DNA of 64,000 nucleotides from an uncultured virus (IMG/VR IMGVR_UViG_3300049255_000202). Lineage: Duplodnaviria; Heunggongvirae; Uroviricota; Caudoviricetes. Under the pieces are notes generated by a model. That model was not told the DNA's origin and did not search any database. It was given only the letters and a program-made list of their open reading frames with translations. The translations under genes and the position numbers were made by a program. The stretch lies in the IMG/VR virus record IMGVR_UViG_3300049255_000202; one strand, 5' to 3'. This document shows, piece after piece, positions 10,305-20,560 of the stretch (within the stretch, counting starts at the first letter, position 1; every line of letters begins with the position of its first letter).

Positions 10305-10607
10305 TCATCCCTCGCTACGCTTCGTGTGGCGGGCCTTGCCGCCGAGTCGGCCGGCGCGGCGAGCCTCCTCGCTCGTGAACTCGTGCGCGGTCCCGGCGTC
10401 GTGGGCAGCCTTGCCGCCCTTGCGAGCGATCTCGACGACGCGAGCCCGGTCCATGGCGGCGAAGCCGTGCGGCTTCTTCAGCTTCGCGATCTTCTCGTCG
10501 GTCATGGCCTTGACCTCTTCGAGTTCTCCCGTTTCGGTGAGAAACTCGTCGAGCGTTCCGCCCGTGTGAGGGTTCGTTGCAACTGCGCTCGCGCTCTTCT
10601 TCGACAT
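10305..10607 (-). CDS. KGG-repeat (GsiB/YciG-like) stress protein with N-terminal NPHxGxxLDEFL segment
   Basis: GFAAMDRARVVEIARKGGKAAHDAGTAHEFTSEEARRAGRLGG is the KGG stress-induced repeat; CGGTGTA at 10631-10637. Confidence 0.8.
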   Translation of the reverse strand: MSKKSASAVATNPHTGGTLDEFLTETGELEEVKAMTDEKIAKLKKPHGFAAMDRARVVEIARKGGKAAHDAGTAHEFTSEEARRAGRLGGKARHTKRSEG

Positions 10608-11013
10608 GGGTTCCCTCTCCGCGGGGCTTCTACACCGACTCAGCTCTTTTTCGAGAACCACTTGAGCGGGGCGACCGGGCGGCGATTCACGCCGTCGTCG
10701 AGGGCGAGCGTGTCGAGTTTCTCCCACGAGGTCTTGCGCGGAAGCGAGAGGCCCAACCATTTGAGTTTTTTGTGGAGGCCGCATTTGCGGCATTCGGCGC
10801 CGTCCCAGTCGTGCTCGACGGGCTTCACAGGATGCCCCGCACAACCTTCTTCCATGCGGTCGGCGAGAGGACGCCGACGAGCGACGAGATACGGATCGCC
10901 GAGCTTCCGTCGGGTGAGGATCATGCCTGCCGTTATGCCGGCGGATACGCCGGCAGCCGTCGACGTAGCAAAGTTCAGGCAGCACCGGATCGGGCATCGT
11001 GGCCGCCCACTCC

Positions 11014-11709
11014 TTAAGAGGAGAACTCGGAAACGTCGGCCTGACCGCTGAGAACAGCGGGCAAAATCGCGTCGCGAAGATGCCGCAGCCGCCGCGTCTG
11101 CTCGTGGATGGCGTGCATTCGCGAAAGGTCGGTCGTCGTTTGCTCCAACGGTAGGCCCAATAATGCCACAAACTCGAGGGAGGCCAGGAACTCCACGATT
11201 CGATCCTGCTCCTCGAGGTCCGGTGCCGCGATCTCGAACTCGAAGAGATCACCCTTATACAGCTCCGGATACGTGGAGCCGTTCGCAACCAGGTCGAGAT
11301 ACGGCCGGTTGGCGATGAACCAGTACGCCAGATAGAGCGGTCGCAGACGAGGTCCGCAGCTGAAGTTGAGGAAGCCCTGGTTCGTGGCCATCGGCTCCGC
11401 AGCCACGGCAACCGCACCCACCGGCGCCCGCTTGCTCAGCATGACCGTTCCTGGCGGCAGTAGCTTCGCTCCGGACGATTGGAGCCCGATGGTTGTGATC
11501 GTGCGCTCTGTTTGCGTCACGTAGAGGCCGCGCCCATTGCGCGCGATCTCCTTGGGCGTGAGCCACAACACATCCCCGTCCCAGTACTCCTCCACCGTCG
11601 TCGGCGGCGTACCGCCCGTATCGACACGGTCGATCAGCCCGACAAGCGGATTTGGCTCCAGGGTGCCGCGGCGCCACGAGCGGGGGCACTGCAGGAAGGG
11701 CTCAGCCAC
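11014..11709 (-). CDS. hsdS: Type I RM specificity subunit, half-size (single TRD)
   Basis: TGGTPP...YWDGDVLWLTPKE...LLPPGTVMLSKRAPVG...TNQGF...GSTYPEL...PDLEEQDRIV; overlaps hsdM end. Confidence 0.85.
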   Translation of the reverse strand: MAEPFLQCPRSWRRGTLEPNPLVGLIDRVDTGGTPPTTVEEYWDGDVLWLTPKEIARNGRGLYVTQTERTITTIGLQSSGAKLLPPGTVMLSKRAPVGAVAVAAEPMATNQGFLNFSCGPRLRPLYLAYWFIANRPYLDLVANGSTYPELYKGDLFEFEIAAPDLEEQDRIVEFLASLEFVALLGLPLEQTTTDLSRMHAIHEQTRRLRHLRDAILPAVLSGQADVSEFSS

Positions 11710-13261
11710 GGGTGAGCGCCTCCAACGCCGCAAGGAATTTGGTCGAAGCAGCTTCGATTTCCGCCAGGCGAGAGCGGACCTCCGCGATTTCCGCAGAGAG
11801 CATCGCCGCATCTACCTTGAGCGCTCGGTCTCGAGCGAACCCCACATACCGGCCTGGCACGAGCGCATATTTATGGTGCCGGATTTCGTCGATCGACGCC
11901 GACTTCGCAAACCCAGGGGTATCTACAAAGCGACGCTTCGCCGTACTCGTTCGCCATCGATGGTACGTCTCGGCGATCTCGGCGACCTCGTCCCGCGTCA
12001 ATTCCGCGTGAACGCGATCGACCAACTGGCCGCGCGACCTCGCATCAATGAACAAGGTTTGCCCCGCGATGGCTTCCGCCCCACGTCGCGTCTTCTTCGG
12101 CGACATGAACCAGAGGCACGCCGGGATCTGCGTGCCGTAAAAGAGCTGGCTCGGCAAGGTGACGATGCACTCGACAACGTCCGCATCGACCATGCGTTGT
12201 CGAAGCTGCGCTTCGCCGCCTTGATCCGAGGATAGCGAGCCGTTCGACAGGACGAAGCCCGCTAGCCCGTCAGGCTTCAGGTGCGAAAAAATGTGTTGGA
12301 TCCAAGCGTAGTTGGCGCTGCTCTTCGGCGGCGTACCGAACCGCCATCGTGCATCTGTCGTGAGACGCTCTGCGCCCCAGTCCCGGGCGTTGAAAGGGGG
12401 GTTCGCGAGGATGAAGTCCGCCTTGAGCGATGGATGTAGGTCGGACCTGAAGGTATCTCCGTTCCGTTCACCGAGGTCCGCTTGGATGCCCCGTAGGGCG
12501 AGGTTCATCTTCGCAAGGCGCCACGTCGTCGGGCTGGACTCCTGCCCGAAGATCGAGACGTCATCGCGCCTTCCGCCGTGCTCGACCAAGAAGCGCTCGC
12601 TCTGCACGAACATCCCAGCGGTCCCGCAGCACGGGTCATAGATTGTGCCCGCAAACGGCTGCACCATCTCGACCAGGAGCTGAACGACGGATCGCGGCGT
12701 GTAGTACTCGCCGCCGCTGCGCCCCTCGGACGATGCGAACTTGGCCAGAAAGTACTCGTAGACGCGTCCGAGCACGTCGCGCGACCCGGCCTCAGTCGTG
12801 TCCAGTGTGATGTTGCCAAGAGCCGCCATCAGGTCGGCGAGGCGCTCGCCATCCAGCCTGCTGACGTCCACATGCAGTTGACCACGAAGCGAGGCGTTTG
12901 CCTTCTCGATGGAGCTAATCGCCTCGGACAACGCGGCCGCCCCTCGACCCTTCTGCGCCGCTTCCAGTAACGCTGTCCACGTCGCGGAGCGGGGTACTAC
13001 GAATCCGGAGGTGCGCTTGTTCTTCTCAGCCGGCGCCCCGGTGTCCACGAGGTATTTGAGGAAGAGCAGACCAAGCACGATGTGCTTGTACTCCGCCGGC
13101 TCCACGTGCCCTCGTAAGCTCTCCGCGGCCTTCCATAGCTTCTCCTCGAAGCCCAGCGTGGCTCCTCCATTGCTTCCACGGGCCGAGGGCTTCCTTCGCG
13201 ACGGCGGCGGCGGAATCTGCGAAACCGCGGCGTTCGGGACTGCCGCTTGCGGCTGGCTCAT
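11702..13261 (-). CDS. hsdM: Type I RM N6-adenine methyltransferase subunit
   Basis: LWKAAESLRG, DVLGRVYEYFL, GEYYTPRSVV, YDPCCGTAGMF, ANPPFN motifs. Confidence 0.95.
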   Translation of the reverse strand: MSQPQAAVPNAAVSQIPPPPSRRKPSARGSNGGATLGFEEKLWKAAESLRGHVEPAEYKHIVLGLLFLKYLVDTGAPAEKNKRTSGFVVPRSATWTALLEAAQKGRGAAALSEAISSIEKANASLRGQLHVDVSRLDGERLADLMAALGNITLDTTEAGSRDVLGRVYEYFLAKFASSEGRSGGEYYTPRSVVQLLVEMVQPFAGTIYDPCCGTAGMFVQSERFLVEHGGRRDDVSIFGQESSPTTWRLAKMNLALRGIQADLGERNGDTFRSDLHPSLKADFILANPPFNARDWGAERLTTDARWRFGTPPKSSANYAWIQHIFSHLKPDGLAGFVLSNGSLSSDQGGEAQLRQRMVDADVVECIVTLPSQLFYGTQIPACLWFMSPKKTRRGAEAIAGQTLFIDARSRGQLVDRVHAELTRDEVAEIAETYHRWRTSTAKRRFVDTPGFAKSASIDEIRHHKYALVPGRYVGFARDRALKVDAAMLSAEIAEVRSRLAEIEAASTKFLAALEALTRG

Positions 13262-13291
13262 TGGCTGGGTCCTGATTGGAGGTGAACTTGG

Positions 13292-13588
13292 CTAAAACCT
13301 GTTGAGGCGCTCCCACGAGGTCGGGCAATACGGCCGAGGCTGGAGCGCGAGCTTCACGACGGATCGGAGCACACGGATCTTGGCCGCCGGGGTCTTGGCC
13401 TGGAGAACTTTCGGGAGCATGACGACGGTCTCAGCGGGCGCGACCCATTGCGTCCACGGTGCGTTGCACTCGCGGCACTGGAAGCCTGCGAGCCCGATCT
13501 CCTCGTACATGCGGATGTCCTGGTGGCCGCTCGCGTTCACGTGTGAAGCCACGGCCTTGAGCACGTCCCCAAATGTCGCGAGGCGCAT
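13292..13588 (-). CDS. Hypothetical protein with C-terminal W-motif (PTSWERLNRF*)
   Basis: TGATG coupling to the upstream gene; CxxC. Confidence 0.65.
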   Translation of the reverse strand: MRLATFGDVLKAVASHVNASGHQDIRMYEEIGLAGFQCRECNAPWTQWVAPAETVVMLPKVLQAKTPAAKIRVLRSVVKLALQPRPYCPTSWERLNRF

Positions 13589-13977
13589 CACGACGCAGGC
13601 TTCTCCTCGTCGGGCTCCCAAGTGATGTCGTTGGTCTCCCCGACCTTCACGATGGTGGCCCAGCAGGCGCGCTTGTCCTTGTCGAAGATGTAGCCGGGCG
13701 CATTGGTCGCCTCGGTGTGGAGATTGCGCCACCACTCCCACTGGCCGCCGGCCGCGACCATCTCCATGTGCGTCGGCCCTTTGCATCCGCCGATGAGGTA
13801 GCTGTTGTTGAGGCCGAGAATGCGCGCCTTGCTCTGGTCCTTGGCGCGGACTCGCACCGTACCCTTTTGCGGGTCGAGCCAGCGGGCTTCGACAGTGCCG
13901 CAGCGGCACGATGTCCATTGTCCGGTCGGCTCGAGGGCGCGGATGTCGATGCAGTTCGTGCAAACGAGGGCCTTCAT
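13588..13977 (-). CDS. Zinc-binding hypothetical phage protein
   Basis: MKALVCTNCIDI...SCRCG pattern; SD AAGGAG upstream. Confidence 0.65.
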   Translation of the reverse strand: MKALVCTNCIDIRALEPTGQWTSCRCGTVEARWLDPQKGTVRVRAKDQSKARILGLNNSYLIGGCKGPTHMEMVAAGGQWEWWRNLHTEATNAPGYIFDKDKRACWATIVKVGETNDITWEPDEEKPAS

Positions 13978-14279
13978 GGCGCGGGCTCCTTTCGTTTGAC
14001 CGGGACGTGCCAGCCGAAAGCGTGGTAGCCCCCAAGCGCGCGGGCGTGCTCTTGAGGATCGACGCCCGCGGGGATGCTGTGGAGCTTGGCGTTGCCTGGG
14101 ACAGGAGCGTCCCAGATCGGCATCTCCATCGCGCGGCACCCGGTCACAACGACGTGGACGATATGGAGATCCCCACTCCACGTCGTGAGGTACGCCTTGC
14201 CCTCTCGGTCGTACCACGCGAGGAGATACGTGTTGTCCCAGCTCGGCCCCTGGTCCTCGATGAACTCGCTCTCACTCAT
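13974..14279 (-). CDS. Hypothetical protein
   Basis: Coupled ORF; GAGGTG SD upstream. Confidence 0.55.
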   Translation of the reverse strand: MSESEFIEDQGPSWDNTYLLAWYDREGKAYLTTWSGDLHIVHVVVTGCRAMEMPIWDAPVPGNAKLHSIPAGVDPQEHARALGGYHAFGWHVPVKRKEPAP

Positions 14280-15034
14280 TTATTCACCTCGTACACGTGC
14301 CCGTGGTGCTGGGCCAAGTGTTTGACGGGCCGAATTCTAGGTACTTTCGCGAACTCGAACTGATCTTCTTGGGCGAAACGGGCTACTCCAGAAACGACCG
14401 CAGCTCGTCCTCCAGAGCCTGCACGAGCCATGCGGCAACCTTCTCCGTTCCCTCGGGCACGGGCATCTCCGCGATGGGGATCGTGGCGAGCATGAGGACG
14501 CTGATCTTCTTCCCCATCTCGTGCTTGCCGTGCTTCTCCAAGGCCGCCGAGAGGGACGCGAGAGACAACACGACCTCCATGCCGGCCGCCATCGGGTCCG
14601 GCTTGAACCGCTCCAGCAGCGGGAGGTAGGCCGTCGCGATCTCGGCCAGCGTCATGTCGCGAGAGGGCGACGTCACGGAGGCCCTGCGCAGTTGCCGCAG
14701 TGCGGGCACTTGCCGTCCACCATCGGGCATCCGAGGCATCCGTGACGCTCCTGCATGGGTGGCAGGCCGATGTGCGACTCGATGGCTCGGATGAGATCAG
14801 GCGTCGGCACGCCCGTGTGCGTGAAGTGACTCTGCATCCAATCCCTCGTCCACCACCACGCCACCTCGCCCGTAGCCCAGCGCTGGTGGTGCCATGCCTC
14901 TTTCCACGAGTCCCGGTCGGCTTTCACGGCCGCGAGCTGCGCGCGGAGGCACGTGGTCTCCGTGTGGTTCTCGTCGATGGGATGGCGGCAGCCGGTGCAG
15001 ATGTTCAAAACGCTTATGAACCATCTACACCGGG

Positions 15035-15400
15035 ATGGACGCCTGGGAGAAGCGTCAAGCTGCGGGCCGGCGGCGCCGGGAGCTTCGAGAGCGGGCTGTC
15101 CGTTACCTCGGCGGCAAGTGCGCGATCTGCGGCTACGACAAGAGCACCATGGGGTTCGATTTCCACCACGTGAGGGTCTGGGAAAAAGATTTCACGATCT
15201 CGGCCAAGATGACCTCGTGGGAGAAGATCGAGCCCGAGCTGAAGAAGTGCGTGCTCCTGTGCTGTCGGTGTCACCGGGAAGTCCACGACGGTCTCCACCC
15301 TGGCTACCTCGAATATGAGGAGAGCAACCGGGGCGGGGATGACCGCCAGCTCGACATGTTCGACGACGACCTAGAGGTCGATGTCCAAGGGGTCTGCTGA
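15035..15400 (+). CDS. HNH endonuclease
   Basis: YLGGKCAICGY...FDFHH...ELKKCVLLCCRCHREVH. Confidence 0.85.
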   Translation: MDAWEKRQAAGRRRRELRERAVRYLGGKCAICGYDKSTMGFDFHHVRVWEKDFTISAKMTSWEKIEPELKKCVLLCCRCHREVHDGLHPGYLEYEESNRGGDDRQLDMFDDDLEVDVQGVC

Positions 15401-15688
15401 GCGGACCTCGCGGAGCCACGCCTTCACGAGGCGCTTGCCAGCGATGCGCTCGACGACGCACGGGTGGTAGCCGCCGCCGTGGCAGAGGGAGCCCGCGATC
15501 TTCGGGGAGAGGCCGCGCTGAACGCGACGGCATCCGCACCCGAGGCTCTTGCCCTTGGCGAACTTCCACGCGCTGAACTCACACACGCAATCAACGACCC
15601 CGGTGGGATGAACCCAACGGAGGTGAACCTTGCGGGTGCGTTCACCGTACCGAATGGTGCGGTCTCGACGATCCTCTCGCTTCTCCAT
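15371..15688 (-). CDS. Basic Cys-rich hypothetical protein
   Basis: GAGGAGG SD upstream; Cys clusters. Confidence 0.55.
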   Translation of the reverse strand: MEKREDRRDRTIRYGERTRKVHLRWVHPTGVVDCVCEFSAWKFAKGKSLGCGCRRVQRGLSPKIAGSLCHGGGYHPCVVERIAGKRLVKAWLREVRSADPLDIDL

Positions 15689-15763
15689 GACGACCTCCTC
15701 GGTCCGTCGCCCCCGTCAGGGGCGCGGACGTCGGTGGCGTCACGCGGAGGAAGAGGAACGTCG

Positions 15764-16123
15764 TCACGGGTCGTAGTCTAGCACGGGCTTGTCCTTGTGC
15801 CGGATGCGACGCTGGCGCTCGTAGAACGCCTCCTTGCGGCATTCCGTCGAACAATAACGCTGGCCCTTTTTCTTCGGCCGGAACTGCCGGTCGCAGAACT
15901 TGCATTTGGGGAGCGTCGACGTCGCATCCACAGCGCCGGGCAGCTCGTCCTCGTCGTCGTGGAGGACCCGTTCGAGCCCCGTCATGCGCTTGCGCGCGTT
16001 GTCCCACTGGGCGAGGAGCCGACGCCCGATGGAGCGCGTCGTGTGACGCAGCTCCGAGTGCGGGCTGTAGATGAGCTTCCGCAGGTACGCGGCGAGATCT
16101 TGAGCGGCCTGGTCAGCGGTCAT
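15764..16123 (-). CDS. Hypothetical protein with C-terminal zinc finger
   Basis: CKFCDRQF......YCSTECRK. Confidence 0.6.
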   Translation of the reverse strand: MTADQAAQDLAAYLRKLIYSPHSELRHTTRSIGRRLLAQWDNARKRMTGLERVLHDDEDELPGAVDATSTLPKCKFCDRQFRPKKKGQRYCSTECRKEAFYERQRRIRHKDKPVLDYDP

Positions 16124-16389
16124 TATCGGCTCGGACTACTCGGGGAATTGTGGTGACAAGCACCAGCCACACCCTCCGAAAAGTGCCATTTGCAGACGCG
16201 AGACGCCAACGAAATCAACGGAATGAGAAGTCGGTAACTTCGAAAGCGTCTGGAGGTGGAGATTCCTCATAAATGCGAGTTCAAGCCCCGTTGAGGAGCG
16301 GAATGAAGCCCAACCATGCTGTCCGCGAACGCCTCGTACTCGTCCGCCTGGGCGACCATCTCGCTCATCCGCATCCCGCAACGGCTGGA

Positions 16390-16545
16390 GATGTCTTCAA
16401 TGCGATAGCGATGTCTTCAATGCGATAGCGACGCTGACGGCCTGGGGTACGGGGGCGCCCACTCGGTGAGCGCGTCGTGATGATCTTCGATCCGTGGCAC
16501 TTGTAGCGCCAGATGCTCATGTAGCGCCAGATGCTCATGTAGCGC
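16390..16545. repeat. Two perfect short tandem duplications
   Basis: GATGTCTTCAATGCGATAGC x2 (16390-16429); TGTAGCGCCAGATGCTCA x2 plus a partial copy (16502-16545). Confidence 0.9.
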
Positions 16546-16709
16546 AGGCCGTAGGTCTCCTCGTGGAAGCGGTATACGAACGCCGGATGCTCCCGCATGC
16601 CGTAGATGTCACGGCGCAGGTCCACGTCGTCCACGAGCACTTTCGCACTCGGGATCGCCTTGAGGGTATCCCACTCCGAACCGAGATCGTCGTCGACCAC
16701 GCAGAGAGA

Positions 16710-16724
16710 TACACCGCCGGTGTA
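16710..16724. promoter_or_regulatory. Palindromic TACACCG-C-CGGTGTA (putative divergent promoters)
   Basis: Identical 15-mer also at 19514-19528; sits between divergent ORFs. Confidence 0.7.
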
Positions 16725-16737
16725 CCTTCCTAGAGGG

Positions 16738-17139
16738 ATGCGCTGGCGAGCGGCCCTAGTCACCTACGAGTGGCCCGGCACCACGGTCGGCTTGTTCGAG
16801 GCCCCGGACCGCGCCACGGCCGACCGGCTCGGGCGGGACCTCTTCAAGGCGCTGGACCCGCCGCCCCGGCCAACTTCGTGGGGCGAGACGGTCATGTTGG
16901 TCCACGAGGTCCCGCCATGCGAGCGGTGCGGGACAACCGAGGGCGTCGACGTCCGCTCCAGTCGCACCATGTACCCGGCACCTCGCCTGAGTTCGTGGGA
17001 ACGGATGCTCCTCGATGACGAGGGGCTCGGTGAGCCGCCGGACCCGAACGCGCCGCCGTGGCTGTGTCCCGAGTGCGCCAAAGAACACGACGAGTACTGG
17101 GACGAGATGTGGAGCGACTACTACCGGAGCTGCTACTAG
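16738..17139 (+). CDS. Hypothetical zinc-finger protein with W-motif loop
   Basis: CERC ... LCPEC pair separated by a loop containing SSWERMLLDD. Confidence 0.65.
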   Translation: MRWRAALVTYEWPGTTVGLFEAPDRATADRLGRDLFKALDPPPRPTSWGETVMLVHEVPPCERCGTTEGVDVRSSRTMYPAPRLSSWERMLLDDEGLGEPPDPNAPPWLCPECAKEHDEYWDEMWSDYYRSCY

Positions 17140-17472
17140 ACCGGGGCATGAAGAACGTCCACGCAGCCCCCGTCAAGGTGAGCCACGCGGGCCTGGAACT
17201 CGTGGATGCCGAACAAAGCCCGTTCCGTGCTCGATGCCCCGTGTGCAACACGGGGCATCCTCCTCGTCATGCGGGACCAGGCGTCGTTCTCGCTCATCAA
17301 CATGGACCGATGCACGAGCTGCGGGCAGACCGTGATCTACACGGACCCATTCATCGGCGGCGAGCGCGTCGTCGACGCTAGCTCTCGTCCTCCCACCGAC
17401 CTTTGATCTTCGCGAGGGCCTTGAGGAAGGCACGGTGCCCCTTCCAAGGCCGAGCGGTCGCACCCTCGGAGC

Positions 17473-17816
17473 TTACTCTTCCTCTTCGTCGCGCTCCAGG
17501 TGCTCCCACGCGGTCGGCGGTTGAACAGGGACATCGGCGTAGGTCTCGCCTTTCGCCGGGCGATTGCCGTGCCACCTGTTGACCTCGTATGCCTTGCGGT
17601 AGCGCGTTGAGGGGCACGGGGCTTTTTGGGGGGTCGTCTTCGTTCGTGAAGTTGATTGCCCACACTTGGCGGAGCGCTTGCCACTCGGGGTTGGGCGTCG
17701 CAGTACTCACAAATTGACGGAGCGTGAAGCACGTTCGGGTCGCAGTGGGGGAACTGCCCGAGAGTTTGGAACGCCTCCGCAGGGGCTTGGTAGCGATCGG
17801 GTTTCTTGTCAGGCAT
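17473..17816 (-). pseudogene. Frameshifted hypothetical gene ending ...PPTAWEHLERDEEEE*
   Basis: Manual translation across frames: FPHCDPNVLHAPSICEYCD / EWQALRQVWAINFT / NRWHGNRP...PPTAWEHL; shifts lie at homopolymer runs. Confidence 0.6.
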
Positions 17817-18380
17817 CGAGCTTCCTCCGACCGGCGGCGACGGCGCGTTCGTGCGTGCGGACCGAATGGCAGTTCGCGCAAACAAGTTGACACTTGGTCC
17901 ACGAGTTGTGGGAACGGGCAGCCTTGCTCGCGTCAAACTCGAGATGCGAGGGTCACATCGCCCTTGCGCGTGCGACCCTCGAGATGGTCGAACTCCATCA
18001 CGTACCACGGGAATAGTTTCCCGCAGTCGGTGCATGGGTTCTCCTCGCGGTAGCGTCGGACAAACCGGGTACACTCGCGAACGGCTTCCCGCTGTCGGGC
18101 GTTCAGCTCAGCGCGGTGCTTCCCCGCCCATTCACGATTTCGCTTCCGTTGACAGTTGGGGCACACCCGCTTAGTGATCTCGGTCCCGCAGTGACGGCAC
18201 AATCGCGGCGGGAGTTCTCCGCGCAGCCCGGATTGAACCCGCACGTTCAGGCAGGTCGAGCACCCGCCGTTGGACGTGAACCTCGGCGCCATGTGCCCTT
18301 GCGGGCAAGGCTTTCCAGTGAGGTAGTACGTGGACCCAGCCGTGATGGCTCGGGTCGGCGGGTATGTGACCTCTTCCACG
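17809..18380 (-). pseudogene. HNH endonuclease (frameshifted)
   Basis: YYLTGKPCPQGH, PCTDCG..FPWYVMEFDH, and in another frame KCQLVCANCHSVRT. Confidence 0.75.
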
Positions 18381-18582
18381 CCTCTTGACGGTGTACAAAT
18401 AAATGCGATGCCCCACGTTCGCGAACATGCCATGCCCCGGCCGATGTTCTCCTGCGTCGGGCGCCACATGTCGAGGATGGCCTGGCCGTCAGCCTGCTCT
18501 TGAACGACAGCCGTCCCGAGGTATGTCCGCGCGACGAACGTCCACAGCTTGCCGTCACGCTTCTCTTTCTTCCACGAGAGCA

Positions 18583-19503
18583 TCAGTCGTCCTCGTCTCC
18601 CGAGGAGATGGGCGTGGTCGTCCACTCACGTTTCTGGACGGCCGCCCGTGGGACGGCCGGAGTGGTCGGCGGGTCGAACTTGTCGGGCTCCGGCTGTGCG
18701 GCGGTCTCCTCACCGATCTCGGTCTCGCCGGCCAGAACGCGCTCGTAGGCGTTCTTGTACGGCCGGTTAGCCAGGAACTTCTCCGCTTGCTCGCGGGCCT
18801 CCCGCGGGGTTGCACCGCCCACGTTCACGGCCCCCTTGTCGGGGTAGCGCACGATGCCCACAGCGGGGCCCGTCGGATCGTCGAACACGACGGCGAACCC
18901 GTTGGAGTTCACGAGCACGCCGAACCGCTCGTGCTCCTCCCACGCCGGTAGCCCTTCTCGCGCGGCCACCTCGGCGTCATCGAGGTCGATGGTCGCTCGG
19001 ACAGGCGCGTTCGGGTCACGCGGTGGCGCCTCGGGCTCGCCAGACGTCACGCGACCGCCCCAAGATGGGAAGTCCTCGCCCGTGTCGTCGCCGTCGTCGG
19101 GGTCTCCCCCGTCGAGACGTCCCTCGTCCCGCTCGGCCATCGCCCGGTCGAATTCGGCGACCCTCGGGTCCTCGGGGTGCTCGATGTAGCCATCCACGCC
19201 GAACGTTGCCTGCGCGGTCCACCCGGTGTACTCGTCCATGTCGGCGTCCCACACCCACCACATGTCGGGGTTGGGCTGACGTGGGCGATTCTCTCCGAGA
19301 CGAATGGCGGTCCGGGCGAGGTACGGACGGGCCACGATGTAGTCGAACCCGCCGTGCAGCCCGGTGTGGACGATGCTGAAGTGGATGTTCGCTCGGTCGA
19401 GCCCGGTCTGCTCCTCTACGCCGGGGAGCGCATTGTTGACGAACTCCTCGTCGCGCTCCATTTCGGTGCGCGTCATCGGCCGTTCGCCGGGGAGCATCGG
19501 CAT
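18583..19503 (-). CDS. Acidic hypothetical protein
   Basis: ATG 10 nt from CGGTGTA; contains NAYERVL variant motif. Confidence 0.7.
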   Translation of the reverse strand: MPMLPGERPMTRTEMERDEEFVNNALPGVEEQTGLDRANIHFSIVHTGLHGGFDYIVARPYLARTAIRLGENRPRQPNPDMWWVWDADMDEYTGWTAQATFGVDGYIEHPEDPRVAEFDRAMAERDEGRLDGGDPDDGDDTGEDFPSWGGRVTSGEPEAPPRDPNAPVRATIDLDDAEVAAREGLPAWEEHERFGVLVNSNGFAVVFDDPTGPAVGIVRYPDKGAVNVGGATPREAREQAEKFLANRPYKNAYERVLAGETEIGEETAAQPEPDKFDPPTTPAVPRAAVQKREWTTTPISSGDEDD

Positions 19504-19513
19504 ACTCTGAGAG

Positions 19514-19528
19514 TACACCGCCGGTGTA
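19514..19528. promoter_or_regulatory. Palindromic TACACCG-C-CGGTGTA (putative divergent promoters)
   Basis: Start codons 10 nt away on both sides (ATG 19503 minus; GTG 19539 plus). Confidence 0.75.
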
Positions 19529-19538
19529 CCGTTGCCCC

Positions 19539-19766
19539 GTGAGGTTCAAGAACTTCGCCCGAGAGGTGATTGCGGTCCCGGTCGTCATTTGGACCCACCC
19601 CAAAGGCGGCCAGATCGTGGAGAACCTACTCGTAGAGCCCGGCGAAATATCTCAGGAATTCGACGAGTCCGACCCTATCGTCCAACGGATGCTCAAAGTC
19701 CATCCGGAACTTCGCCCCGTGGTCCTCGCGACAGCGTGGCAGCGAATTCTGGACGGGGTCCTCTAG
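19539..19766 (+). CDS. Small protein with C-terminal W-motif (TAWQRILDGVL*)
   Basis: GTG 10 nt after CGGTGTA. Confidence 0.65.
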   Translation: MRFKNFAREVIAVPVVIWTHPKGGQIVENLLVEPGEISQEFDESDPIVQRMLKVHPELRPVVLATAWQRILDGVL

Positions 19767-20039
19767 TCGTCGATGACGATCTTGCCGCTTTCGTTTCGTC
19801 GGGCCTTCCACCCTCCGGCGCGTAGCAGCTCGGTCATCTGTTCGTTCGACATGACCCCGCGCTCGTAAGCCTCTGCCACGTCGGGGCGCAGGTCTTCACG
19901 GGGAATCCAGCGGGCGCGGTTCTGCGGCTCTCGTCGTCTCAGCCGATGCCGGAGAGAGAACACGACGGCCCCGCAGCTCGCACTCACGCGGCGGTACCAC
20001 CATCCGCGGAGTTTCACCTTCCAGTTCGGATGGTGGCGC

Positions 20040-20560
20040 GTCCATGGCTCGCCGGGGAGCGCCTCCACGGCTGCCCGTTCTTCCACGTAGGCAACGACGA
20101 CCTCGCGTTCAAGGCCCCGCCACTTCGGGTCCACGAAGTCGAGCGGGTCCGGGAGGTTCGGGTTGTCGCGAGCCTTCCAGTAGCCGAGGAACTTGAGCCC
20201 CATCTCCCGGCCGATGTCGGGGTGCTTCGGAAGGATCACGTGTGACCCTCTTGAACTACGCGGGCGAGCCACGTGGCGTAGACGTGGCGAACGAACTCCT
20301 CGGGCGGCCTCACGCCGTGAGCCTCGACGTAGTGGGCGAAGCCCTGCGGCCACCCGTAGGTGCCGTCCGTGAGGCACATACTCCCCATGCGGCGCTCCCC
20401 GCATTGGAACCGGCACCACGACATGCCGCGCCACTGAATCAGCTCTCGACCTGCCTTGAGGTACGCGACGACGCGGGCGCGCACGGCCGGGTCCCACGAC
20501 TCGTCGACGAAGTCGCGCGGGTCGGGCAGCCCCTCGTTATCGGGGTCGCGGAAGTCGGAC
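20040..20560 (-). pseudogene. Two tandem paralogous, truncated hypothetical genes
   Basis: LPDPRDFVDESW...VVAYL followed by LPDPLDFVDPKW...VVAYV; first lacks a clear 5' end, second drifts into unrelated sequence. Confidence 0.55.

Noticed and set aside
16390..16545. CRISPR array
   Set aside because: The repeats are directly adjacent with no spacers, have only two copies, and no cas genes are present.
19224..19230. CGGTGTA copy inside gene 18583..19503
   Set aside because: Antisense within coding sequence (EYTG codons) with no credible downstream gene; probably chance.
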